A DNA stretch of 64,000 nucleotides from Octopus sinensis (GCF_006345805.1 NC_042998.1:161758001-161822000); one strand, 5' to 3'; positions 1 through 12,347 are shown, numbered from the stretch's first letter. The notes: generated from the sequence alone by a model not told the origin. A program made the numbers and translations.

Positions 1-1
1 T

Positions 2-467
2 AAATTCGGTGGAGGAAGTGTCATGGTTTTGGGGATGATATCTGGAGATGGTGTGGGCCCTTTGGTGCGATTACATAGAAAGTTAAATGCAGGAGTTTAT
101 AAACAACTTGTAAAAGATCATGTCTTGCCTGTGCTGAGAAATTCAACTAAGTGACCACCCATATTCATGCAGGACAATGCCCCATGTCACAAGGCGAAGG
201 TGGTCATGAACTTCCTCAAGGCTGAAAGGGTTATTGTTATGGATTGGCCTGCTCAAAGCCCAGATCTCATTCCTATTGAAAATGTATGGAATATTCTAGG
301 AGAACGTTCGAAAGCCAGAAATCCTAAAACAACTGAGCAATTATGGAATGCCCTTCACGAAGAATGGAATATGATCACCCCAGGAAGAAATTGAAAGTTT
401 AATTTCCTCATGCTGTCGAAGATGTCAGAGTGTGATTGAAGCTAAAGGGCTTCACACTAAATATTAA
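2..467 (+). pseudogene. Tc1-family DDE transposase, C-terminal part; decayed and cut by the window edge
   Basis: Frame from base 2 reads KFGGGSVMVLG...FMQDNAPCH...DWPAQSPDLIPIENVW. In-frame TGA at 152-154. A frameshift near 390-410 leads to CRRCQSVIEAKGLHTKY* (411-467). These are canonical Tc1 motifs. Confidence 0.93.
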
Positions 468-516
468 ATAATTCCAGTATTCTCTGTCATTTTTGATTAT
501 TTTGTTATTTTTTCAA

Positions 517-739
517 CCGTTCTGATCATTTTGGCCGCCATGGGTTTTGCAGTAAATCCCTAAATCATCCATAACTTTTGTATTATCCTCTCAAATTACA
601 CCAAAATCTTAGACAATAACAATTAATATTGTATTTATTGTCTGTGAAAATTATAGAATATAAAACTACTTTGATAAAAACTTATACTTACTTTTTTGAC
701 GAAAACAATGCCGTTCTGAACATTTTGGCCGCAACTGTA
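517..739 (+). mobile_element. Right terminus of the Tc1 element, IR/DR type
   Basis: Inner repeat ccgttctgatcattttggccgcca (517-540) and outer repeat ccgttctgaacattttggccgcaactg (711-737). The element ends ...ACTG followed by TA (738-739), the Tc1 target dinucleotide. Confidence 0.85.
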
Positions 740-897
740 TATAATTGAATTAAGCAGTGGTTTAGCAATGTGTCACCAAAAAGGGAAACTATAATTGTCA
801 TTAAATATGACTGAGGGTGTTAGAACACCTACAATGTTAGAAGAGTAAAAGCTTTCTGATACTGCTGTTAAGAGACCGTAAATGGCCGAAAGTAGCA

Positions 898-990
898 CAC
901 ACACACACACATATTCACACACATGCACACACATATATATACATACACACACATGTATATGTATGTATGTATGTATGAATATGTGCATAT
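898..990. repeat. Compound (CA)n/(TA)n/(TATG)n microsatellite
   Basis: Visible directly; produces spurious ORFs 773..1015 and 923..1108. Confidence 0.9.
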
Positions 991-994
991 AGCT

Positions 995-1158
995 AGCATT
1001 CCCTACAGTTTCCATCTACCAAATTCACTAACAAGGTATTGGTCAGTTCAGGGCAATAATAGAAGACAGATGACCAAGTTGCCAAGCAGTGGAATTGAAC
1101 TTAAATGAGATAGTTACAAAGCAAACTTCTTAACCATGTAGTCATACCAGTGCCTGTA
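995..1158 (-). mobile_element. SINE family A head (tRNA-derived, CORE-like), diverged
   Basis: Matches the reverse complement of the head of the full copy at 51725 (cagtttccatctaccaaattcac...tagaagac...cttcttaacca). Confidence 0.75.
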
Positions 1159-1226
1159 ATGAATATATTCCAATTAAATATTGCACGAATGAAATAACAA
1201 AACAAAACAGAAGAATAGAAATTTAC

Positions 1227-1266
1227 CAAAGCAGATCCTAGCATAATATTCAAAGCTATTAGTAAT
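1227..1266 (-). CDS. Candidate 40-bp exon (ITNSFEYYARICF), gene unidentified
   Basis: Minus-strand acceptor tttattcctattaaag and donor G|gtaaat, with an open frame. No homology recognised with confidence. Confidence 0.25.
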
Positions 1267-1664
1267 CTTTAATAGGAATAAATGTACAATACCATTGTAT
1301 CCTGTGTGGGGACATTGAAACATAGATCAGTGGATATAAATCAAATAAAGATATACAGAGATAGACATCTCCAACAATTGGTGAATACACGGGCATTTAG
1401 TGCTGTATTCACAGCTGACGAATACATTGATACATATATGGCTTTACAAAATGCTTTGAAAGGAGATAAACATATTCATTGAGTTATAGTGACTAAAACA
1501 TATTGAGATGTAAAGTTTTAAATATACACACAGTGCTATATGTACGCACATATCCTTACAGGAATATTAAGACATAAGGTAAATAGAAATTGAAAAGCAT
1601 ACTTTAGTTGATAAATATATTTATCTAAACTAACAGAGCCCCCTAATAAATGTTAGAAACAGTT

Positions 1665-1915
1665 ATGCACAGATGCATACACATGCATTCATACTGACAA
1701 GTATGCAGACATAAATACATATACAGTTATATACAGACACACACATGTGCAAGTACATATATAAACACAAGCATGCACACAAATACATATACTCACACAA
1801 GTGTAGGCACACACATGCACGCATACTTGCATACACATATGCATGCATACACACATACATACACACACTCATATACTCATGTATATGAAAACACATTACA
1901 TACATACATACACAT
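1665..1915. repeat. Degenerate (CA/TA)n simple-repeat tract
   Basis: Visible directly; source of ORF 1663..1905. Confidence 0.85.
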
Positions 1916-2454
1916 TAATTTCTGTATGAAAGAAGACATGTTTTGATTCTTCCAGACTTTCTAATAGATGGATTGAATAGTAAACTTTGGCCTCTTACTT
2001 TTACACTTCTCTTGCCTTTATATCAGAAATAATAAAAAGGAATTCTCTCCAAGTTCCTCTTCCAAATCGGAAGTTCTGTCTAAACAAAAGACAAAACTCA
2101 TTTTATATTTATAGTTTTATTCTTGAAATATTCACTTGCAGGAAATAGCTTTTGATTAAATCTTTGTGACTATCCATTCTTGTTCACTATCTAGCATTCT
2201 GATCACTGTCAGGTAGCTAAAGCGGCAAAACTGTCCAGAATTTCCTATATCGGTCAATAGTTTCTTGTTCTAACATTATCTATTTATGATGGAAGATATG
2301 AGGTGACCATTTTGTAGAATCTTCACTCTAACTTTGATATGAGCCCCAATGCCATTTGCATTTTTTTTTATTGAAACTTTGTCTCAGTTAGGGATCTTGT
2401 AATCATAAGTATGCTATGTCTCAAGGTAGAAACCAGATGTTATTCATTGCTTGT

Positions 2455-2617
2455 ATGTGTGTATGTGCATGAGAATGTATGTATGTATGCATGTGCATGT
2501 GTATCTGTCTGTCTGTCTGTCTATCTATCTGTCTATTGATTCATCCATCTATCTATTTGTCTCTTTTTCTCTCCCTCTTTCTCTCTATTGATCTACATAT
2601 CTATCTATCTCTCTCTC

Positions 2618-2654
<37 letters not shown>

Positions 2655-2721
2655 ACACAAATATATATACATGCATGTATCTATACACACACTCATATAT
2701 ATGTATGCATGTATGTATGTA

Positions 2722-2758
<37 letters not shown>
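2455..2758. repeat. Compound (TATG)/(TCTG)/(TCTA)/(TA)/(TG) microsatellites
   Basis: Visible directly. Confidence 0.9.
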
Positions 2759-2761
<3 letters not shown>

Positions 2762-3115
2762 CGAATTGAACCAGCCAGGATCCCTGGTCTGGTGGTACGT
2801 AAAAAGCACTATCCGACTCGTGGCCGATGCCAGCACCCCCTCGTTTGGCTTCCGTGCAGGTGGCACATAAAATACACCAATCCGACCGTGGCCATTGCCA
2901 GCCTCGCCTGGCACCTGTGCAGGTGGCACGTGAAAAGCACCCACTACACTCACGGAGTGGTTGGCGTTAGGAAGGGCATCCAGCTGTAGAAACACTGCCA
3001 GATAAGACTGGAGCCTGGTGCAGCCTTCTGGCTTTCCAGATCCCCGGTCGAACCGTCCAACCTATGCTAGCATGGAGAACAGACGTTAAACGATGATGAT
3101 GATGATGATGATGAT
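2759..3115 (+). mobile_element. Retroposon family E with (GAT)n tail (SINE or LINE 3' end, possibly RTE-mobilised)
   Basis: ggttggcgttaggaagggcatccagctgtagaaac...gctagcatgga...gttaaac(gat)n. Homologous copies at 16946, 24395, 58204 and 60183. Many CpGs retained. Confidence 0.85.
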
Positions 3116-3239
3116 ATATATATACATACATATCTGTAAAGGTAAAATCCCAGATTTAGAATATATATATATACATATATACATATATATAAATAATAAA
3201 CACACACACATGCATATATATATGTGTGTGTGTGTATTT

Positions 3240-3430
3240 GAAATCTGGAGTAGATAAACAGCCACAACTGATGAACGGTCAGTTTTTTTGTTACTTGTCT
3301 TGATTTCCTTTTGTTTCTCTCATTCACAAATAAGTTTGTCTTTGTATTTCATGTTGTTTACGTTTCGTGATGTCCTGTACCCATATATGCATATATATAT
3401 GCTTATACATATGCATGTATATGCATATAT
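3240..3430. repeat. Interspersed repeat family G, short copy, class unknown
   Basis: Shares gagtagat...caactgatgaa and tttacgtttcgtgatgtcctgtac..atatatgc with 36060-36230. Confidence 0.55.
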
Positions 3431-3471
3431 TGATTGACAGACTGACAAATAGATAGACAGATACTCACAAA

Positions 3472-3560
3472 TATTCTTTCATTCTTTTACTAGTTTCAGT
3501 CATTAAACTGTAGCCATTCTAGTGTATATTAACCACAGTGTTTATTTTCTTCTGGTACTT
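3472..3560 (-). mobile_element. SINE A 3' tail fragment
   Basis: tcttttactagtttcagtcattaaactgtagccat is the reverse complement of the family A tail. Confidence 0.55.
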
Positions 3561-3964
3561 TTGTCACTGTTTACTAATTGGGTACATTACTGTTTAGTAC
3601 AAAGAGAAGCAGCTTGCACACCATCTTACATGTGTGTGCATAAAAGAGACACAATCATGCACATGTATGTATGTAAGTATGTATGTCATTATTTAGTTTT
3701 ATTTCAAGATTTCTTACCAGTAAAGAAAGAGCTGGTTTCTAATGTAGATCCAAAGTTCCTTCATTGGAATTCCAACAATATTAATAGGATATTTTTGCAA
3801 GTATTTGCATATATGTGCAGTAGTTGAAGCCAGTGCATGTGCAGATTTGCATATTTTGCTTTATGTAATTATTCTTGTGCATATAGTTGCAAATCTAGAC
3901 ATGCACATATATTCTTAAATGATAAACTTCCGGAAAGTTTTACAAATTTTTCAGTTCCAGTGAT

Positions 3965-3967
3965 GTT

Positions 3968-4014
<47 letters not shown>

Positions 4015-4085
4015 GTCTGTCTGTCTGTCTGTCTATCTATTTATCAATCTGTCTGCCTGTCTGTCTGTCCATACATCCATCCATA
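3965..4085. repeat. (CTAT)n(CTGT)n microsatellite
   Basis: Visible directly. Confidence 0.95.
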
Positions 4086-4658
4086 CACACATGCAATCAG
4101 CTGCATGGATTTGGTCTACTAATTCCCACTGACAATAATTAAAAGATATTATAAATGACATTCTCCCAAGATGTCCTGCAATCTGGAATTATGTTCTTGT
4201 GAAGCAACACACACACACACAAACACAAACACACACACATATACACGCATGCACTAATTGATGTGCAAACAAACTGTTAACCATATATTCATTCTTCTGT
4301 CTTTGAACTCCAAACTTGGCCATCCTCACTCATGGTTATCATGAAAACGAAACATGTTTGGTAATTTTACCTGGATTTTCCTTTCATTTTGTAGAAAGCA
4401 GTTTTCCATTTTTCTACTCCCCATTTCAGTTCAAGAATGGTTGAGTGGGCAGTTGCCATATCTAGTGCATCACTGCTTTTATCATTTGATGATATCTGCT
4501 TGGGTTGTCGTGGGCAACCCTCTACTCATTTCTTATCTCCATAAAATACTTCCACATCTGACCATGGGACCATGAACCTTGTGGCCAACCAACATGAACT
4601 ATCACCCCAGCTGGATCCTCAGACAATAGGACATATACATACATATATATATATATAA

Positions 4659-4770
4659 AGAGACCGATAGAATAAGTACTAGGCTTACAAAGAATAAGTC
4701 CTGGGGTCGGTTTGCTAGACTAAAGGTGGTGCTCCAGCATGGCCACAGTCAAATGACTGAAACAAATAAA
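4659..4770 (+). mobile_element. SINE A 3' fragment
   Basis: aagagaccgatagaataagtactaggcttacaaagaataagtcctggggtc...gactgaaacaa matches 52000-52110. Confidence 0.85.
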
Positions 4771-4822
4771 TATATATATATACATATATATGTATACATA
4801 TATATATACATACATGTATATA

Positions 4823-4859
<37 letters not shown>

Positions 4860-4907
4860 GTATATATATGTATGTATGTATATATGTATATGTATATATA
4901 TATGTAT

Positions 4908-4941
<34 letters not shown>

Positions 4942-5331
4942 ATATATATATATATATATGATGGGCTTCTTTCAGTTTCCGTCTACCAAATCTACTCACA
5001 AGGCTTTGGTTGGCCTGAGGTTATAGTAGAAGACACTTGCCCAAAGTGCCATACAGTGGGTCTGAACCTGGAACCATGTGGATGGGAAGCAAGCTTCCTA
5101 CCACACAGCCACGCCTGTGCGTTTGTGTCTGTGTTTGTCCCCACCACCATCACTTGACAACTGATGTTAGTGTGTTTATATCTCCCTAACTTAGTGGTTC
5201 GGCAAAAGAGACCGATAGAATAAGTCCTGAGGTCAATTTGTTCGACTAAAATCCTTTAAGGTGGTACTCCAGCATGGCCACACGCAGTCAAATGATTGAA
5301 ACAAGTTAAAGAATAAAAGAATAAAAGAATA
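4771..5331. mobile_element. SINE A with inverted 5' half: (TA)n, head on minus strand (4960-5117), tail on plus strand (5118-5331)
   Basis: The reverse-complemented head is joined directly at its 5' end to the post-microsatellite tail in forward orientation. Confidence 0.8.
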
Positions 5332-5538
5332 CACTAAACTTTAGTCTTCAAACATAGTTAATTAAAAGTTAATTAAAACTTTATAACATCATTATATTAT
5401 GCTTCTATCGACTATAGGCTTGTCCCTTCTGCTGTAATGTGAGAGTAGTAAAATAAAATAATGTTATTTAGTCTCAGTGTAGTTTGAATCCAAACAGATA
5501 AAGGTAAATAGTTTTGTTCCTTAGTTAACTGTACATAC

Positions 5539-5632
5539 CAGTACAATATCACCGAAGAACGTGTTTGTGCTAATACACAATAAATATTCCAGTTTGTAAT
5601 AAGGTTGCCTTTTCAAAGACACTAGCTGTCTG
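5539..5632 (-). CDS. Candidate 94-bp exon (RQLVSLKRQPYYKLEYLLCISTNTFFGDIVL), gene unidentified
   Basis: Strong acceptor ttttttttttcattccag and donor CTG|gtatgt. Only one frame is open and the sequence is non-repetitive. Confidence 0.45.
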
Positions 5633-6858
5633 CTGGAATGAAAAAAAAAATACTTGTTTAAGGAGAAAGGAAAGGAAGCAGGGTTGGTGATGGGTGAAAA
5701 ATAGGGGTGAAGAGCTCAAACAGAAAAGTTAGAAATAAACAAAAGCAGTGTTCAGCAGACATGGAAGGAATAATTAATATTTGCTCATTAGTGTATACGG
5801 AAAATAATGAAAATGTTTAATTATTCATTTGTTCTCAGCAGTATCAAAACTGTTCCATGATGATTTCCAATAATCAGTGTAGCATAATTATTATCTTTTG
5901 TTACTCAAAGAAACTAAAAGTCATTTGAAAACATGGAACACTTAACCCTTTTACTCATGGCTGTTTGCTTATCAACAAACCAGTTACTGGCATATTTGAA
6001 TTTGAAGAAGGCTATTTGATGTGGTGCAGTCTATTGATCCACTGTCTATCTTTCATATGAACCTATTAAAGTGAGACATATGCAAACACATACAGTAACA
6101 TGCACAGAGAAATTATATACGTGTGTATGACTATGTCTGTCTCTATACATACAAACATATATATAAACATATATATATATATATATGGGGTTATTTATAA
6201 ATAGATTTACATGCCTATAATTGTTAATGTTAATGTGTATATGTGTTTCTGTCTATGTCTACCTACATAATTTTGGTAGAGCATAAAAATATATAAATTA
6301 TGCGTGTTTAAAATTTAACACTTTTTATATTCATTTTTCTCTTAGGAAAACAACAATAAATTTACTATGTATTGTTTTATATGTTAACTAGAAGTATACA
6401 TAAATTTGCACATGCATACACACATGCACACTTTCACATATGCAGTAATTGTGTTATAAATGTGTACTTTAGTCTGTGCTACAGTTTCTTTGGATATATT
6501 TAATGCATACTCCATTAATTGACATATTTATATGCATTGTGCATTCGGTCCTTTACTGGTTTCAGTCAGTGAACTGCTGTGAGGCAGAGGCATTGTCTTC
6601 AAGGGTATTTATTTAAGTTTGGAACTTATTTGAGCAATCTTTATTTATAGAATTGCTAAGTTGCATTTCGATATCAATGAAGGTAATTTCAACTGGTTAT
6701 ATTGTTAAATATAATGACTATCATGGAGACAGACACATTTATGCATATACTCATACATATGTAAACATATATTTACACACACACACATACAAAGCAAGTA
6801 ACTGTTTTCTTTCTATCTTCCAAATACCATTCACAAGTTATTGGTTAACTTGCAACAG

Positions 6859-6965
6859 CAAACATCTGCTCAAGGTGATGACTTCATTCATAATGCATTC
6901 CATGAGCTTATCAGGGAAATTTATAGAGATGATGGCCTAAAATCTGAACTAAACTATTCTAAGGA
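6859..6965 (+). CDS. Candidate 107-bp exon (QTSAQGDDFIHNAFHELIREIYRDDGLKSELNYSK), gene unidentified
   Basis: Acceptor ttgcaacag (weak pyrimidine tract), consensus donor GA|gtaagt, open frame. The antisense frame is also open. Confidence 0.3.
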
Positions 6966-7020
6966 GTAAGTAGTAAATTCAGGATAGTAGATTTTTTATA
7001 TATAACATTTCAACCCTTTA

Positions 7021-7238
7021 TTAACCCTTTAGCAATCAAATTATTTTGTCAAATGTAATGCTTATTTATTCACATTGTTAGGAATTATTCATGTAGCCTC
7101 AAAATTTCAACAATGTGATTGATTGTTTTTAAAATGACATTGTAGGGTATGTGTGAGGAATTAGATCTGGCTGATTTGAATATAAATCAAGTAGAATGTT
7201 TTGGCTGGATGTGGCCAGGTTGAATACTAAAGGGTTAA
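7021..7238. mobile_element. piggyBac-like MITE
   Basis: TTAA-CCCTTTAG at 7021 and CTAAAGGG-TTAA ending at 7238: CCC/GGG termini with TTAA target duplication. Confidence 0.8.
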
Positions 7239-7789
7239 TGAACAAATCTGATTATTAAACCTAATGATTCAGTTTTAAATTTTGATTGTAATCTAAAACA
7301 TCCGCAATATTTTCTTAGAATTTTATCCATTAATGTGAGCAGATGAATTTTTATAATCTTTTATGACCAAAGCATCATTCAGTAGAGTAGTGACTACATG
7401 CAACGTTGCACTTGCATTTAATGGCTTCAAATAAACCATTGAATATAACAGACACTAGCAAACTAATAGAGGAAATCAAATCATTGCAGCATGGCTATAT
7501 GGTATAATTCTCCATTTTTTTTTAATATTTGTAAATACATACAGCTAGGCAAGAATATTTTTCATCTTGTAAGAACCTATTTTCACCCCAGAAATAAGAA
7601 TAGGAAAATCTTTAGCACAAATAAATTTAAAGTAATCCACTCAGAATAAATTTTGTCAGTATTGTAACATCTTTGAGTAATAAGAAAATAATGAATAATT
7701 TAAATTACCAGAACTCAATAACAAGTACTGAAATACAATTTCACTCTCTCTACCCATTCAATGGAAACTATCTGGAGAAATCAGTTATA

Positions 7790-8068
7790 TAGACATCCAC
7801 TGTTTGATGTAACAAAACAAAATGTCCTAGAAAACGGTTTAATATTTTTGATAGCAGCCCACCTGAAACTGCTTTAGTTCTGTGATACAAACTTCCTGTA
7901 TTGAAATGTTTTAAATTAAAACTTACCATTGAAATTTCATGTTAATGTATTTTCTAAGCACCAGCATAATAGTAACAGAAATATTTTACTAAATTCTTCA
8001 TTGCTTTCAAAATTACTTGAAACAAAGGCAGTGCATACCAAGAGAAATATGTAATGAAATGGTTAAGA
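7790..8068. mobile_element. Probable one-ended piggyBac-like MITE remnant
   Basis: Right end gtaatgaaatggttaa resembles a ...AAAGGGTTAA terminus; left terminus not found. Confidence 0.35.
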
Positions 8069-9639
8069 ACTAGCTTCATCAATATAATCAAAAAAGGTTT
8101 GACACAAAACGAACATGTATAATTTAAAAATTAACTCTCTATATTTCATACCATAAAATAGTAACTCTTGTATTAACCCCAGCTTATATATAACTAAATC
8201 TTTTCTGTAGTTTCCACCTTGGGAAAGCTAGTACACATAAAACACTAAACTGAAATATTGAATAGGGTACGGGAAATTAATCCCTTCACACAATCACATG
8301 TGTGGATACTAATTAAAAAATACATTTTAACAGGATCTTAATACAAATCAGAAAAAATATCTATACAACATTAATTTCTTTTGCCTTTTAATTTTTGATG
8401 TTATTTCTTTATTTCTCTTCAAATAATGTTTTATGCTTAATTAGAAATAGTGTTAGTGCACTTTATTTTTTAAATGAATTATTAAGGATTTACATAGAAA
8501 CTTAGTGACATCTTGACAGGGGAAACATAAATTTTCAATTGAACACGTTTCCTTTCCATTTTTATTTCCTTTTCTCTTTAAATAGTTCTTTGCACTTATA
8601 ATAGAACAGTAATAAAGTTTGAATGACCTGACTTCTTTAACAAATGCATTTTATGAACACTAGCTTGCAGCCTGCCTCTCTAGACATAAGTATGATTGTA
8701 TGCATCCATTTATACAAACTCTCATACAAAATACATAGTAAATTGTTCAAATAGATACGCTAATGTAGATGCATGCATACATCGTGTAAACAATTCAAGC
8801 GAACACATAAACCTATAAAATTATGGAAGATGCAAGAAGCTCATTCTTCAGTCATCATACTAGTTAACCTAAGAAGGTATGTTACTGTACTGAAACACTA
8901 TTCCTTTATATTTCTAACCAAAAGTTAAATTTCTTTGTTTTGTATTAGGCTTCTCTTTAAAGAGATCTAGTTGTAAGTGTGCGTACACTCACGCATACAC
9001 ACACGAGCATGCATGCGTGCACACACACACACGAATACACATGCACATGCACACACACACACATCTTTAATAGTGCATAAGGGTCATGGTTGCTGGTCTT
9101 TTATGAGATAAAATCTATGTTAGCCAAACAGTAAGCAAGATCTAGGATATCACATAACTTGATCTTCGAAGTTGAGCCCCTGTCAACAGCATTTAAAATC
9201 TATTTGGATATCCTCACTAAGCTAGAAAGTGGAGCTTTCAAAGCAGAGAAACTGCAAATCAACTGACGTTAACCAACAATTCATATTTCAACAATGAAAA
9301 TTATAGAAGCTATAGTATATGGAACTAAATCTCATATTTTGAAATTTTTGCAAGTTGAGCTGTAGATAATCATCAATTAACTTGCTAACTTCAGTTGCAG
9401 AACTTTGGGAAGGTAAGAATTTTAGGTTGTTCTTGTAAATTTATTTGCATCCAACTTCACACAACATACACTTAGTGTCTCACAAAGCTCTTCAACTCAA
9501 CAAAGTTACTAACCTCAACAATGTTCTTTCAAATCCCGTGCCCTATAGATAGCTCTTATCTTCACCAGACTCTTCATTCTGTCTCCCTCTTCCTCTCTTT
9601 CTACAGAGTTATATATTGACTTTCATAAGCATGCTAGAG

Positions 9640-10509
9640 TGTGTCCCAACAGGTGCAATCATTTGAAACCTGTGACAGAGATAGCCATTAACAACAACCC
9701 TCTCCAACACCTGGAATCCTCCACCTTAATGACCACTATTAGATCTGGCTTTTGATAAAGCCATATCTACTACAGGACTGTTATCACTAGTAGGCTCACA
9801 TCCTCAAGAAATTTATTGAAAGCGGTATTGTTTTCATTGACATCATCAAAAATTTTGACAGTGTCTGGCACATGAATCTCCAGTCAATAATTCCTGGCTT
9901 TGATTCCTATTCATAAATTGTCTCTTAAATCACTAGCTTCCTCTCAGATTTCTAAATCACAGAATGTAGCTTTCTTACTCTCTGTAACACACATCCTTTC
10001 AACTTCCATGTACCCAAGGGTTCGGTTTTATCGTCCATACCCTTTCTCCTAGACATCACCAAACTTCTTGCTATCAACTACAACAATGTTACTCTTATAC
10101 AAATAATACCATCCGTTATTCCTCCCTACTTTTCTGTACCTGAGTAACATCCACAAGCAACCTAGTTACCTCAAAGCAAATCAGCATTGCTGCTCAAACG
10201 TTTACCCCAGAAGCATTCTTGTTTTTTTCAACAACAAAACATGATAAGTGCAGATGTCAAGAAATTATTATTGTATGCCACCTGTCATCCTTAAGTGTGA
10301 ACAGTATTCAACTAGAAGCCACTCAGTTACTTCAAACATTAGGCCTTACCATCACTAAGAATCCCTCCTGGTGAACACACATTTTGACCATCTGAAAGAC
10401 TGAATCACAAAGACTGACTTTTTTTTCTTCAGGACAAGAAAATACTTCAGCTTCAAATAACTGTTAACAATCTTTAAAGCTTACTCCTTTAACCCACTCA
10501 GCTCTTTCA

Positions 10510-10554
<45 letters not shown>

Positions 10555-10830
10555 CCTCTCTCTCTTTCACACACACATGAGACAATAAAGGAGTATTGCT
10601 TCCACATCTGGTATATTGTTACAATAGACATCCTAAACAACATAAAAACCAACAAACAAAAACCACTTGACTGATTGATCTGACGCTGCTTACGAAAACG
10701 CTCCAACCAGACATAGCCCTTACGTCTTTCTATCTAGATTACTTTGACTATAAAGGCTTCTTCTATTTCCTGAAACTGACTAATCTCATGCTCACCCATT
10801 TCTCTTCCACTTCTTGAACATATTGTATTC
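9640..10830 (+). mobile_element. Degenerate CR1/Jockey-like LINE RT and C-terminal fragment, interrupted by (TC)n at about 10515-10577
   Basis: Broken frames give KIFDSVWHMNL (about 9851; consensus KAFDRVWH), VPKGSVLS (about 10010; VPQGSVL) and EYCFHIW (about 10590). Confidence 0.7.
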
Positions 10831-10858
10831 CAACCAAGGCCTGCATTAACTGCCATAC

Positions 10859-11031
10859 CCAGGGCCATATTAGTAGCATCATAGGTCCCCTGGCAAATCA
10901 GTTCACATGGCCCAAATGTATTTTTTTTATTGACAGTATGTTACAACCTACATTGATCAAAATTGGACCTGTAAACCAGTGAGACCCTGCCAGGCAACTT
11001 TCCAGTATGCTCATGTCTTAAGACAGATCTG
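10859..11031. mobile_element. Possible decayed hAT-type MITE
   Basis: Left end cagggccatattag and right end ttaagacagatctg are imperfect inverted repeats; target duplication not convincing. Confidence 0.3.
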
Positions 11032-12039
11032 TCCATAATCGTCTTCTCTTCACAGAATGTCAATCATCTACACTTCCTTTAACATGTGTTTTTTCCAATA
11101 ACTCTCAGCTTGCAATGGTTTGAGCAGGATGTTAACAGCATCAGTCACTCTAGTAATAAGGGATCAGCAAAGATCTTCTATGCATCATACAAACCAAACA
11201 AAAAGAATAATGTTAAATATATACTTTTACTTTTAGGGAATTATTTCCTGTTTTATACTGAATAATGTATACTATACACAAGCACACACAAACACAGAAG
11301 CATGTATGTATATGTATGTGTGAAGGGTGAGTAAAAGAGCTGACAGGGTTAAAGGAGTAAGCTATTGGGCTGCTCATAGTTTGTTAAATTCAGATCTGCT
11401 GCAGGCATATTCGAGGAAAGGGTGGTTGGGGTAGCCGATAGCTGAACATTTTATTTCACATTGCGTCAGTTCAGCAAGCTGCTGGGAATAAATATCAGAT
11501 CATCTGGTAATGCTATCTGTTATAGACTGGCATCATATCCAGGGGTAAATTTATTTCTCATTTACTGAATGTCATGAAACTAAAGCTAAGCAATAATCAT
11601 TAAAATCCCATAGGTGCTTAAAAGGTATTTAAAATGCATTATATACATGCCTACATACTCACAAACAGATACTCTCACAAACGGTATATACATGTGCATG
11701 TATGTGTGCATATGTATGTATGCATGTTGTGTGTGTATGTGTGTGTGTGTGGTAAAAATCCAGAATAGGATAAAATCAGTGAGGTTCTCTTCTCTAGTCC
11801 AAACTAGTAAACCTCTTCCTTTTTACATGGTGAATACGTCTTTTCTGATATGTGTGTATATATATATGTATACCAATGTACAATATGTATAGAATCATTT
11901 AGCTGTTGTTCAAAATCTCTTACAGCACATAGAACAGTAACATTGCCAAGACTACAAAGTCGCAACAAAAAACATTTGGTACAGCTCCCTAATATTCTTG
12001 CCTTGTATCTCTCTGCTAAGATATATTTATGTATTTATT

Positions 12040-12043
12040 TATT

Positions 12044-12099
<56 letters not shown>

Positions 12100-12117
12100 C
12101 ATTATTATTATTATTAT
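12040..12117. repeat. (ATTT)n/(TTA)n microsatellite
   Basis: Visible directly; source of the poly-Leu ORF. Confidence 0.95.
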
Positions 12118-12127
12118 AGGTTGTTAT

Positions 12128-12201
12128 TGATAGTGACTTTAAAGATTCAGCTAGCTAAGCCATCATTGGCTTAGCTAGCTGAAACTTCAAAGTCACTGTC
12201 A
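12128..12201. other. 74-nt near-perfect inverted repeat
   Basis: 35-nt arms (12128-12162 and 12167-12201), 32 of 35 positions complementary, 4-nt loop TCAT. Confidence 0.9.
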
Positions 12202-12314
12202 ACACCATTCTTGTGTAGGAATAATAAATATGTTCTTTACAAAAGCATACAGTAACCCTTCAAATTACTATAGAATTGTTTTTATTATAATTGAACATAA
12301 AAACAAACATTATG

Positions 12315-12344
<30 letters not shown>

Positions 12345-12347
<3 letters not shown>

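Noticed and set aside
3268-3370. CTGATGA and CGAAACGT motifs in family G as a possible hammerhead
   Set aside because: The two half-cores are on opposite strands and no stem II could be built.
3718-3860. Minus-strand open frame (YLQKYPINIVGIPMKELWIYIRNQLFLY) ending at a good donor
   Set aside because: No acceptable acceptor before the upstream in-frame stop, and the region is made of TGCA-type low-complexity repeats.
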